Below, in pieces: positions 48,951 to 57,944 of a stretch of DNA of 64,000 nt (position 1 is the stretch's first letter; every line of letters begins with the position of its first letter). The translations under genes and the position numbers were made by a program. The stretch lies in the NCBI GenBank assembly GCA_963796105.1, contig CAWCKJ010000001.1, positions 1-64,000 of the forward strand. Direction: 5' to 3'. The notes beneath the pieces were generated by a model. It was not told where the DNA came from, ran no database searches, and saw nothing but the letters and a program-made list of their open reading frames with translations. The stretch comes from a candidate division FCPU426 bacterium. GTDB lineage: Bacteria > Oederibacteriota > Muellerivitia > Muellerivitales > Muellerivitaceae.

Positions 48951-50038
48951 GCAAGCCTAATGTTTATGGATTGCCCCAACATCTTCGCAAGGATGAGTGG
49001 GGTTATTTTCTGGATTATTTTGTTGAGGAAGGAGGGAAAAGAAAACGAAATAGGGTAAGGCTGGGAGAGATTCCCTTGGAAAAGGCCAAGAAGATTTTGG
49101 CCCAACACATGCAAGCCATTGTTGAACATAAATTTTTGGACGTTGATAAGCCAAGGATTACTTTCAACGAGGCCGCACAAGGGTTTCTGGCTTACTCAGG
49201 GTCAAGAAAGAAAACTTTCAAAAGAGATGGGGAGATAGTTGCTTGTCTCGGAAAGTTTTTCGATAACCGGCCCTTAGAAAGCCTGTCACTGGACCTGATC
49301 GAGGAATATGTCACGCTCAGGAGAACACAGCGACCTACCATAATGGGCTCAAGCCTGAACCGTGAGATTGCTTGTTTGAAGGCGATTATCAATCGAGCGA
49401 TTCGGAACGGACAGCTTGATAAAAACCCGATTTCGTTCTTTAAGTTTTTTAAGGAAACACCGCGAAGTAGGACGCTGACTCCGGACGAATTTAGGCGCTT
49501 ATTGGAAAAATGCTCGGGGCGCACCAAGATTTTCGTGCATTTAGCCTATATAACTGCCATGCGCAAGGGGGAAATTATCGGGCTTCGTTGGGATCAAGTG
49601 GACTTTCAGCACAAAGTAATTGTTCTGGAAGCGGCTGATACCAAGACTTTGGAGAAAAGGGAAGTACCTTTGGACGAAGCGTTAATGGATGTGCTTCGAC
49701 AGGTTCCCAAGACTCTGGGAAGCCCATTCGTGTTTACCTTCAAAGGTAAACCCTTCGGGAACATGAAGACGAGCTTTAACACGGCGTGTAGGCGGGCCGG
49801 AATCAAGGATTTTCGTTTCCATGATCTCAGGCATTGCGCCATCACGAACATGCGGAAAGCCGGGGTTCCCGATAACGTGATAATGAGCATCAGTGGTCAC
49901 AAGACGACCGCTATGTTCCGGCGTTACGATTCGGTTGATAGGGCAGATCGTCATAAGGCCTTAGAGCGGTTAAGGCTGAATGACAAGTCTCTAGAATTGA
50001 ATGACAACCTTATGACAACTGGGAGTCAAAAGATTTAA
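48947..50038 (+). CDS. phage/ICE-type tyrosine integrase
   Basis: TAMRKGEI..LRW, TKT, FHDLRH, ISGHKT..MF.RY; N-terminal arm-binding-like region. Confidence 0.93.
   Translation: MSKPNVYGLPQHLRKDEWGYFLDYFVEEGGKRKRNRVRLGEIPLEKAKKILAQHMQAIVEHKFLDVDKPRITFNEAAQGFLAYSGSRKKTFKRDGEIVACLGKFFDNRPLESLSLDLIEEYVTLRRTQRPTIMGSSLNREIACLKAIINRAIRNGQLDKNPISFFKFFKETPRSRTLTPDEFRRLLEKCSGRTKIFVHLAYITAMRKGEIIGLRWDQVDFQHKVIVLEAADTKTLEKREVPLDEALMDVLRQVPKTLGSPFVFTFKGKPFGNMKTSFNTACRRAGIKDFRFHDLRHCAITNMRKAGVPDNVIMSISGHKTTAMFRRYDSVDRADRHKALERLRLNDKSLELNDNLMTTGSQKI
49977..50019. repeat. short direct repeats, possible integrase arm-type sites
   Basis: TGAATGACAA at 49977 and 49998, TATGACAAC at 50011. Confidence 0.45.
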
Positions 50039-50123
50039 GAGAGTCATGGCTCCTAACAGAAAAGGGTATGTTTTAAATGGTTTTTTTGAGGAGAGCAACG
50101 TACTTTTACTCTTGAGGTCGTTG

Positions 50124-51719
50124 TTCGTAACCAATGGATCTTTTATTGATGGTAATGCTATGGACGGTTTCCGTAAGTGCTTAACCGATGATTTCTCCTC
50201 TATATACTGCTTTAATCTCAGGGGCAATCAGCGGACACAAGGAGAACTTTCCAAAAAAGAAGGGGGTAAAATATTTGGTTCGGGGAGCCGGGCATGTATT
50301 GCTATAACCCTGCTTATCAAAAACCCGGAGATAAATGGTTCCTGCAACCTTTTCTATCACGATATTGGCGACTACCTCACCCGTGAACAAAAGTTCAAAA
50401 TTATTTCAGAATTTGAAAGTGTAAAGACCATTCCTTGGACCAAGATTACTCCCAATTCTAATCATGATTGGATAAACCAACGCGATCCAGCCTTCGAAAA
50501 ATTTATTCTCTTGAGTGGTAATGAACCTCATGTATTTTTTAGTGAATTTACAACGGGTGTTTTATCAAGCAGAGATTCTTGGGTTTACAATTTTTCGGAT
50601 ACTACACTTTCTAAAAACATGAAAAAGATGATCGAATTTTATAATGACCAAACAATGCACTACAAGATCAAATGCTCTTCATATAAAGGTAATGGGAAAC
50701 CGGATTTAGAAACATTTATTAACACCGATTCCAAAAATATTAGCTGGTCAAGGTCGCTAAAAAATGACCTTATGAGACTTCAGTTTCATGAATTTTCAAG
50801 GAAACTCATGGTTAATAACTTGTACAGACCTTTTTGTAAGCAATGGATTTACTTCGATAAAAATTTCAATGAATACCTATCAAAAACTCCTAAATTGTTC
50901 CCGGAAGGGAGAGACGAGAATCTAGTAATTTGTTTAACGGGTAAGGGTTCAACAAAATCCTTTTCAGCTTTAATAACCAATACCTTGCCGGATTACGAAA
51001 TGATTTCAAAAGGCCAACTATTCCCCCTTTATACTTACGAAAAGGCGGAAGAATCTAACAACCAATCCCTACCCGGCTTCGGCACTACTCAGGGTGGATA
51101 CATCAAGCACGAAAATGTCACAGAGGTCATCCAAACCGATTTTAAGAGGATATACAATCCCAATGTCACAAAAGAAGACGTCTTTTACTACGTTTACGGT
51201 ATCTTACATTCACCCGAATTTAAAAACCGGTTCCCTTCAGATTTGGCTAAACAAATACCACGTTTACCCTTTGTCAAAGACTTTTGGGCATTTAGCAAAG
51301 CTGGACGAGCTTTAGCCAAATGGCACCTCAACTACGAAACCGTGGACCTTTACCCGCTTAAGGAAAGCAAAGACGAATTTGAACTTAATTCAAAGGAATT
51401 CTTCAAAGTCAGGAAGATGACCTTTGGCAAACGCGACGGCCAAGTGGACAAAACCACCATCATTTACAACAGCCATATCGCCTTAAAGGGGATTCCGTTG
51501 GAGGCCTATGATTATGTGGTCAACGGCCGCCCGGCACTAGAATGGATAATGGAGAGATATCAGATTGCCACCGATCCGGACAGCCATATCACCAACGACC
51601 CCAACGAATGGTCCGACGACCCCAAATATATCCTTAAATTAGTGAAACGCATCGTCACCGTAAGCCTTGAAACGATGAAAATCGTGAACTCTTTGCCGCC
51701 ATTGAATGAGAAAAAATAA
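50124..51719 (+). pseudogene. type ISP restriction-modification enzyme, C-terminal part only
   Basis: FVTNGSFIDGN..DGFRK, NLRGNQRTQGELSKKEGGKIFGSGSR, DWINQR, YRPF.KQW, YVYGILHSP, YVVNGRPALEW; nuclease, helicase and most of the MTase absent. Confidence 0.85.
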
Positions 51720-51806
51720 TAAATGATATTCTCTTAATAATCAGTCTTAGTGTTTCAGGGCACTATTTTCGGGGACTCAAGTAGTTTTTACTGAGAGGAG
51801 TTAGAC

Positions 51807-51965
51807 ATGGCTTCAAAGAAAAAGGTTTCATTTTGGGCAACAGAAGTAAAGAAGGTGCCTGTAAGAGTAAAGTTCACTACTGCCGATGGTAGAAAAATAT
51901 CCTTTACTGGCACTAAAGCCGTCAGCAAGGATGTACGGGTAAAATTTAGCGCGAAGAAAAAGTAA
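51807..51965 (+). CDS. small basic protein (52 aa), not in the ORF track
   Basis: RBS GAGGAG; MASKKKVSFWATEVKKVPVRVKFTTADGRKISFTGTKAVSKDVRVKFSAKKK; TAATG overlap with the PIN gene. Confidence 0.7.
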   Translation: MASKKKVSFWATEVKKVPVRVKFTTADGRKISFTGTKAVSKDVRVKFSAKKK

Positions 51966-52474
51966 TGAAGACTCAAAAAGTTTATCTGGACACTTCAGTT
52001 TTTATGGCAGAGTTTAATAAAAAAGATCCACGTCATTGTCTATTAACCGAATTTTTTAACGAAGCTAAAAAAGCACAAGACATTGAATTGTGTTCATCAA
52101 AATGGGCTTTAACCGAAATGTATAATCGTTTGACAAAAGATCAAATCGAAGAATTAAAGATTGTTAAGTACATCAAAGATTTGCTCGATAAAAATACAAT
52201 CAGAAGTATCAAATTAAGATTTTTAGATGTTAGTCCTAATAAGGAGTACAACTTCAACCACTTCTTTAATCATTTAACAGGTGATCTGATTAAATTTAAA
52301 ACTGGTCCTAATAGACCCGGTTTGGGGGATATTCTTCATATAAGGATAATGAAGAATAATAGAGTGAATAAAATAATTACTTTTGACGCTGACTTCGAAG
52401 TAATTGAAGGCTTAACGACTATAAATCTACATAAAACTAAAATAAGCACGGCGTTACCAAAGATAATAATTTAA
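51965..52474 (+). CDS. PIN-domain (VapC-like) ribonuclease
   Basis: VYLDTSVF, LTE, GDILH, ITFDADF acidic tetrad. Confidence 0.82.
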   Translation: MKTQKVYLDTSVFMAEFNKKDPRHCLLTEFFNEAKKAQDIELCSSKWALTEMYNRLTKDQIEELKIVKYIKDLLDKNTIRSIKLRFLDVSPNKEYNFNHFFNHLTGDLIKFKTGPNRPGLGDILHIRIMKNNRVNKIITFDADFEVIEGLTTINLHKTKISTALPKIII

Positions 52475-52548
52475 TTGGATAAACCTCTTCTCGGGTTCTC
52501 TGGAGATTTGATTTGTTGAATTTTCTACTTTATTAGGAAATAAATGAC

Positions 52549-53256
52549 ATGCCAGAAAAAAAGAAAGCCAATAATAGACCGACGGTTGTTTTGGATGACG
52601 CATATCTCGCAGAGGAAGAAAGGAGGAAAAGAGAACACCTTTTTGCTGAGTACAAAAAGGAAAACTTAAAAATCCAACAGGTCAATTACGAACATCTTGA
52701 TAAATCGCTTTTTACCGCCTCTGCCGGAAGCTTGGTTTTAACAATCACTTTTATCCATGACGTTGTTCCGGTAACTTATTGGACTTGGGTTTGGGTTTTA
52801 ATTTCCGCTTGGATTTGTTTTGTTCTTTCAATATTATCACTGATTTTTTCATTTAAAGCTTCCAACATGGCCATCAACGCCCGGCTTGTAGCGGCCGAAA
52901 ACTATTATCTCAATATGGATGATAGCGCCTTTAATGCGAACAGCACTGCCCTAGTATGGCTTAAATGGCTTAATACCTTTGCCCTGATTTTCTTCATTTT
53001 TGGGGCCTCTTTGACTGTAGTTTTTGCTACGATAAATATTATTCATTACCGGGAGGCTATAATGGCTGAATCAAAATCAGGGGAAAACAAATCGGTAAAA
53101 CATAGTGATGCGGTTCCTCCAACCGAAATGCAGAAGATCCCGACAGCCCCGGTCAAAAAATCTAACGTAACTCCCGCAAACCCTCTATCTCCCCAAGAGG
53201 GCAAATCAAATGAGGGAACAAGCAAAAGTAACGGTGGTTCTCAAAAGGAGAAGTAA
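52549..53256 (+). CDS. membrane protein with disordered C-terminal tail
   Basis: DK.L...SAG.L.L motif, about 3 TMs. Confidence 0.7.
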   Translation: MPEKKKANNRPTVVLDDAYLAEEERRKREHLFAEYKKENLKIQQVNYEHLDKSLFTASAGSLVLTITFIHDVVPVTYWTWVWVLISAWICFVLSILSLIFSFKASNMAINARLVAAENYYLNMDDSAFNANSTALVWLKWLNTFALIFFIFGASLTVVFATINIIHYREAIMAESKSGENKSVKHSDAVPPTEMQKIPTAPVKKSNVTPANPLSPQEGKSNEGTSKSNGGSQKEK

Positions 53257-53257
53257 A

Positions 53258-53449
53258 ATGGATCAAAATACAAACGGTGAAAAACCTTGCAGAGAAGCTG
53301 GATTTCCTACCCCCATGAATAAAGTTATACCCTCTCCGAATCAAAAAGGCCAGCCCCCTTCAAATAAGACGCCCGTTAAGCCTTCAGCTCCAGCACCATC
53401 TAACCAAGGCGGGGGACAGTCCCAGGGCGGATCCGCGCCGAAAAAATGA
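53258..53449 (+). CDS. small Pro/Gly-rich disordered protein
   Basis: RBS AGGAG before ATG 53258; ATGA overlap with next gene. Confidence 0.5.
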   Translation: MDQNTNGEKPCREAGFPTPMNKVIPSPNQKGQPPSNKTPVKPSAPAPSNQGGGQSQGGSAPKK

Positions 53450-54207
53450 CCAAAAAAGATCAAGCAATAAAAAAAGCTATTGAAATATTAGAGAAGAATC
53501 CTTCTGGGCTTCGTTATACAGCTATGATCAACAAAGTTTCAGAAGCATTGCCTGATTTCCCTAAAAATACTATTCATGGTTCTCTTTGGGAAATGGATAA
53601 AATTTATCCAGATCAGGTGTTCAAACCGGCTCGCGGATTATGGAAACACACAAAATACAGAGAATTAGACAAAGAATTTGTTGGTTCTTCCTCAACCATG
53701 GTTCTAATTGAAACAAAAAATAATAATAAGGTCAAAGAAGAAGACTTCTATCAATCCTTTGCCGATTGGTTAAAGAACGATTTAGAAGATTGCACAAAAG
53801 CTATTCCTCTTGGCGGTAATCGTTTTGGTGGAAAATGGGGAACACCAGATGTAATTGGTATACGGGAAGCATCAAGAAGCGACATTATTAAAGGCACTAC
53901 GGAAATCGTTTCCGCAGAAATTAAATTGAATGAATCAAGCCTTATTGAGGCTTTTGGCCAAGCCTGTTCTTACAAGCTTTTCAGTCACAAATGTTATTTG
54001 GTCGTGCCGGATTCATCCAGTGAAGATGACATCGCCCGTTTGGATTCGCTTTGCATGATTTTTGGGATTGGCCTCGTCCTTTACGACAGCAGTAATGTTG
54101 CAAAGCCTACCTACCAGATCAAAACCCGACCCCAAAAACACGAACCTGATATGTTCTATGTAAACCGCAATTTAAAGCTCATCGAAAAAGAATTATTCGA
54201 AAATTGA
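53446..54207 (+). CDS. winged-HTH plus PD-(D/E)XK nuclease-like protein
   Basis: N-terminal helical domain; EEDFY, PDVIG, SAEIK, AFGQACSY. Confidence 0.7.
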   Translation: MTKKDQAIKKAIEILEKNPSGLRYTAMINKVSEALPDFPKNTIHGSLWEMDKIYPDQVFKPARGLWKHTKYRELDKEFVGSSSTMVLIETKNNNKVKEEDFYQSFADWLKNDLEDCTKAIPLGGNRFGGKWGTPDVIGIREASRSDIIKGTTEIVSAEIKLNESSLIEAFGQACSYKLFSHKCYLVVPDSSSEDDIARLDSLCMIFGIGLVLYDSSNVAKPTYQIKTRPQKHEPDMFYVNRNLKLIEKELFEN

Positions 54208-54221
54208 GTTTTTAATAATCC

Positions 54222-54425
54222 ATGACCAACTTTTCCACCTGGCGAACCGCGATCCTCAACGCCAAAACCATCCCCGACCTAGCCCAAATAGGCCATGAAA
54301 TCGCTGTTTACCAGAAACAATCCGATTTCTTAGACCCTAAAAAGATGGGAGAATCCCAACTAGCCCCCCTCCGTAAAATGTTCGCAGAGAGAATGAAAAT
54401 CCTTAAATCTAAGCGTAAGGAATAA
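54222..54425 (+). CDS. hypothetical protein
   Basis: Co-oriented, closely spaced ORF. Confidence 0.5.
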   Translation: MTNFSTWRTAILNAKTIPDLAQIGHEIAVYQKQSDFLDPKKMGESQLAPLRKMFAERMKILKSKRKE

Positions 54426-54429
54426 GTGA

Positions 54430-54732
54430 ATGTCCAAAAAATATTTCGCATTACAGAAGGAAGCAGATAAATTCTGTTTATTTGTGGGGATAAAACCCGA
54501 CATAGTTGACCGGGCAAAATCGTTAATGGTTGAATTCTTTTACGAGGAAGGCACCTGTAATAACCATAAAAAGACGCCTGAACTTATCCGCGTGGAATAT
54601 GAACCTTTGGAGAAAGATACTATAAAATTAAGGTATCTTTGCTGTTGTGAGGAATACAAAACCAAGTTGCAACTCTTGGTTTACCCTTTTCTGAGGAAAG
54701 ACACAGAACTTTTAAAATCTTTAAACGAATAG
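54430..54732 (+). CDS. hypothetical protein
   Basis: RBS AAGGA; C..H and CCC residues. Confidence 0.55.
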   Translation: MSKKYFALQKEADKFCLFVGIKPDIVDRAKSLMVEFFYEEGTCNNHKKTPELIRVEYEPLEKDTIKLRYLCCCEEYKTKLQLLVYPFLRKDTELLKSLNE

Positions 54733-54972
54733 CTTGAAAACCCTTCCATCTTTTCCGAACAGATTCATAGTGAATCTGCATTGGCAATCGCTGCCCTCGG
54801 CTTGTTGCCTCTGGCGACCAACCAAATTCCTTATTTTTTTACTCCCTCAAAGTGAAGATTCCTGACAACTTTAAATTCGTTAAACCGGTTTCCATAAAAT
54901 CCATCCACGCTAGGCACAATTCACAAAACGGCGATATGCTTACTATGAGTATTGTTTTAGCCGGGGTGGTAT

Positions 54973-55215
54973 ATGGAACAAAGTGAATCAAAAAGGTGCT
55001 TTATCCTCAACAAAGACGTCCATTTGATCCATGAGATTATTATGGACCTCCGGGACAGCCTGATAATTAAAAGCAGGGGAGCAAGAAGGTGCAGCGAAGC
55101 CTTTAGTTGCGATAAACAAAAGATGAAATGCAAGTGGGTCTCAATGCAATATAACTTCGACGGAATGAACCCAAAAAACTTACCGCCCCCGGAAGAAAAC
55201 CCTCTCAATAATTAA
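54973..55215 (+). CDS. hypothetical protein
   Basis: GGGGTGG upstream of ATG; no motif recognised. Confidence 0.4.
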   Translation: MEQSESKRCFILNKDVHLIHEIIMDLRDSLIIKSRGARRCSEAFSCDKQKMKCKWVSMQYNFDGMNPKNLPPPEENPLNN

Positions 55216-55257
55216 TCTTTAAACACGGCTTTCCAGGCAGTTATCCAACATTCCCTA

Positions 55258-55821
55258 TTACATGTTTCCACGATTGTCGTCAGTATCCACCGGAAAGATT
55301 TTTGAGGCGTGTTGTGTCAACACCTTGTCCAGGTCGATCCTGTTATCCGCGAAATGGATCAATTCCTTGGGTTGAATATCCGGAAACAGCGCTATTTCAA
55401 CATGCTTTCCAGTTTGCTTAACCAATTCCATTATGGGGGAATAATCGTCATCCTCGGTTACTAGAATAGCGGTTTCGTATAAATTTCGTGCCGCGTAAAA
55501 GACCATTTCGGAAGACAGCATGACTTCAACGCCCTTTTCATGGTAACTATTTTTATCGTGGTTAAGCACCATGCGCCCCAATCTCGTCTCAAGATAAGGT
55601 GTACGGTCGAGGGAATCCAGGAATGGTTGCTGGATTTTAGCCTTTTCTGGGAAGTTTTTCTGGTCGTAGGCGACATTATAGTAGAAGGAACGCACTAATT
55701 TCCGTTCCGGTCCGACTAGGGCGGAACACAGTTGGTAGTAATCAACCCTTGTCGCCCGATTGTTTCGTTTAAGTCCAAAATAGAAATTGTTTCCATCGAT
55801 AAAAACACAAACCCGTTCCAT
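55258..55821 (-). CDS. NYN (LabA/DUF88) domain protein
   Basis: VFIDGNNFY, YY, EKGVE, LVTEDDDY.P...VK..GK.V, L...AD. Confidence 0.85.
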   Translation of the reverse strand: MERVCVFIDGNNFYFGLKRNNRATRVDYYQLCSALVGPERKLVRSFYYNVAYDQKNFPEKAKIQQPFLDSLDRTPYLETRLGRMVLNHDKNSYHEKGVEVMLSSEMVFYAARNLYETAILVTEDDDYSPIMELVKQTGKHVEIALFPDIQPKELIHFADNRIDLDKVLTQHASKIFPVDTDDNRGNM

Positions 55822-55893
55822 TTTTACCTGTTTTTCCTGTTTAGTTTAGAAAAGGGGATTAATTATAAAAAAGAAAAACTAAAATACAATGTA

Positions 55894-57186
55894 GGGCACC
55901 TCTAAAAATTCATTGTAAAGAGGCAGTGGATTCGGTACAAGGAAGAATCGGCGCGTGAAAGCGTTGAAAATTCCTTTTGTGAGGTGTCACCCATGGGCCA
56001 AACCGGTTTTTTTGATCTACAAGATCGATTGAAATCACTGGATGAGATGGGAGACCCGCTGGAAGCCCTGAACCGGGTGATCCCTTGGGAGGATTTCCGA
56101 AGCGTGTTGCGGAAAGGTTTGCGCAACAAGGATAGAAAGAGCGAAGCGGGACGCCCGCCTTACGACGAGGTTTTGATGTTCAAGGTGCTGGTTCTACAGG
56201 CATTGTACAACCTAGCGGACGACCGGACGCAGTTCCACATCCAGGACCGGCTGAGTTTCATGAGGTTCTTGGGGTTGGGGATGGATGCCCAAGTGCCAGA
56301 TGCCAAGACGATCTGGCTGTACCGGGATATGCTGGCGCAGGGAGGGTGGATCGACCCATTATTCGATAAGCTCAACAGGCATCTGGACAAGGCTGGGTTG
56401 AAGGCACAGGAAGGTCAGATCATTGATGCCTCCATCGTGGAAGTACCCCGGCAAAGGAACAGTAAGGAGGAGAACGACCAAATCAAGAAAGACGAAATCC
56501 CGGAAGGGTGGAATAAAGAACCGGAAAAACTCAGGCAAAAAGATCTGGATGCCCGGTGGATGAAGAAAAATGGGGTGAACCACTATGGGTACAAGAACCA
56601 TATCAATGTGGACAAAAAATACAAACTGATCCGGAAGTTCGAGATGACGGCGGCATCGGTGCACGACAGCGAGATTTTTGAGGTGATTTTGGACGGGAAG
56701 AACCGGAAGAAGATTTGGGCGGATAGTGCGTACCGATCAGGTAAAAAGAGTAAGGCTTTGAAGCGTAAAGGCTATGACAACCGGACTCATTATAAATCCA
56801 AACGGAATCATCCGCTAACGGCGTTCCAGGAGAAATTGAACAAGGCCCGGTCTAAGGTTCGGGTTCGGGTGGAGCATGTATTTGGGCACATGGAAGTGGC
56901 GATGGGAGGCAATTGGTTGCGGGTGGTGGGAAAGGTGAGAGCCCGGATGAAGATTGGAATGAGGAACATCGCTTACAATATGCAACGGTTTGCTTACCTG
57001 ATGGGACGAATGCGCCCAAAGACGGTTGTTGGATAGATTTTGGCTGTTTGGAAGGTTCTGAAGGCTACTGAAAGGTTGAAAGAGAGCGAAGCAGGGAGTA
57101 AAAGCCCTCCGCATCAGTGGGTTGAATGCTACGAAACGGCTTTCATCATCTGATAGCACTTCAAACAGGAATTTTTAGAGGTTCCC
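55894..57186 (+). mobile_element. IS5-family insertion sequence
   Basis: 18-bp IRs GGGCACCTCTAAAAATTC / GAATTTTTAGAGGTTCCC; 4-bp target duplication TGTA at 55890-55893 and 57187-57190. Confidence 0.93.
55993..57036 (+). CDS. IS5 transposase
   Basis: GRPPY, DRLSFMRFLG, PDAKT, IIDAS, YGYKNH, ADSAY, R.RVEHVFG; intact frame. Confidence 0.93.
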   Translation: MGQTGFFDLQDRLKSLDEMGDPLEALNRVIPWEDFRSVLRKGLRNKDRKSEAGRPPYDEVLMFKVLVLQALYNLADDRTQFHIQDRLSFMRFLGLGMDAQVPDAKTIWLYRDMLAQGGWIDPLFDKLNRHLDKAGLKAQEGQIIDASIVEVPRQRNSKEENDQIKKDEIPEGWNKEPEKLRQKDLDARWMKKNGVNHYGYKNHINVDKKYKLIRKFEMTAASVHDSEIFEVILDGKNRKKIWADSAYRSGKKSKALKRKGYDNRTHYKSKRNHPLTAFQEKLNKARSKVRVRVEHVFGHMEVAMGGNWLRVVGKVRARMKIGMRNIAYNMQRFAYLMGRMRPKTVVG

Positions 57187-57460
57187 TGTATTAGATATTC
57201 TGAAAACCAATTTTGAGAAAGCGGTGGCTTGAAAATCTATTTTTTGTTTGCGCTTAATTTTATCGTTTCACCCTTATTCGTGATTAAATCCTAAAATCTT
57301 TATCAGGTGAACAACTAAATACAAGGGGTCGACAACGGACTTGCTCGCTTCGACGAATTGGCTGACCCAAAATACACCGATACAGGGGGTATTTTCGACA
57401 TCATGGCCATAACAGTTATCCAAAGCCATTTGGTAGCCTGAACCAAATAAAAAAAGTTAA

Positions 57461-57790
57461 TTAATCAATTGTTTTAGTTGTGATGACCTTTTTCTTTCTT
57501 GGAAAGCCCCGCAATGGTCGGTTTGTTTTAGGAGCCTTAAAAAATTCAATGATAGGGCAATCCAGTGCTTTCGACAATTTTCGTAATGTTTTAAGACTCA
57601 CGCCCCCTACCGTTTCCCATCTTTGGATTTCCTTTGTGTCCGCATTAACCCTTCCACCAAGTTGGTCTTGGGTTATCCCTTTTTCACGGCGGATTTCCCC
57701 TATTCGGTGATATAGATTCCTGAAAAATTTCTCATCCGTTTCCCATTCAAGCATTTCAGCATCGTCCTTAATACACTTCCCGAATAACAC
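57461..57790 (-). CDS. XRE-family HTH regulator divergent from operon copy 2
   Basis: RIGEIRREKGITQDQL......KEIQRWE...L.KLSKALDC.I.EFF; paralog of 34264..34575; start uncertain. Confidence 0.82.
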   Translation of the reverse strand: MLFGKCIKDDAEMLEWETDEKFFRNLYHRIGEIRREKGITQDQLGGRVNADTKEIQRWETVGGVSLKTLRKLSKALDCPIIEFFKAPKTNRPLRGFPRKKKVITTKTID

Positions 57791-57810
57791 CTAGAAAACT
57801 CTAGGTGTTA
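57785..57810. promoter_or_regulatory. perfect inverted repeat, candidate operator
   Basis: TAACACCTAGA-AAAC-TCTAGGTGTTA between the divergent XRE gene and the operon. Confidence 0.55.
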
Positions 57811-57944
57811 AATTTTTGCTGAAAATACCAGAATATCCGTCTAGTCAATTCGAAAAATGTTCTTTGTAGGGCAATCCAGCCGAGGGTTAAAAAGATGATT
57901 GTTTGTAAATCGATAGAATTTGTGACGCTTATGGAGGGTGCAAT

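Noticed and set aside
34703..50038. Tailed prophage
   Set aside because: Despite integrase, excisionase and XRE genes, no terminase, portal, capsid, tail or lysis genes are recognisable.
50092..50135. Functional tRNA-Lys gene
   Set aside because: No acceptor stem or complete D-arm and the anticodon stem does not pair; kept only as a possible att relic.
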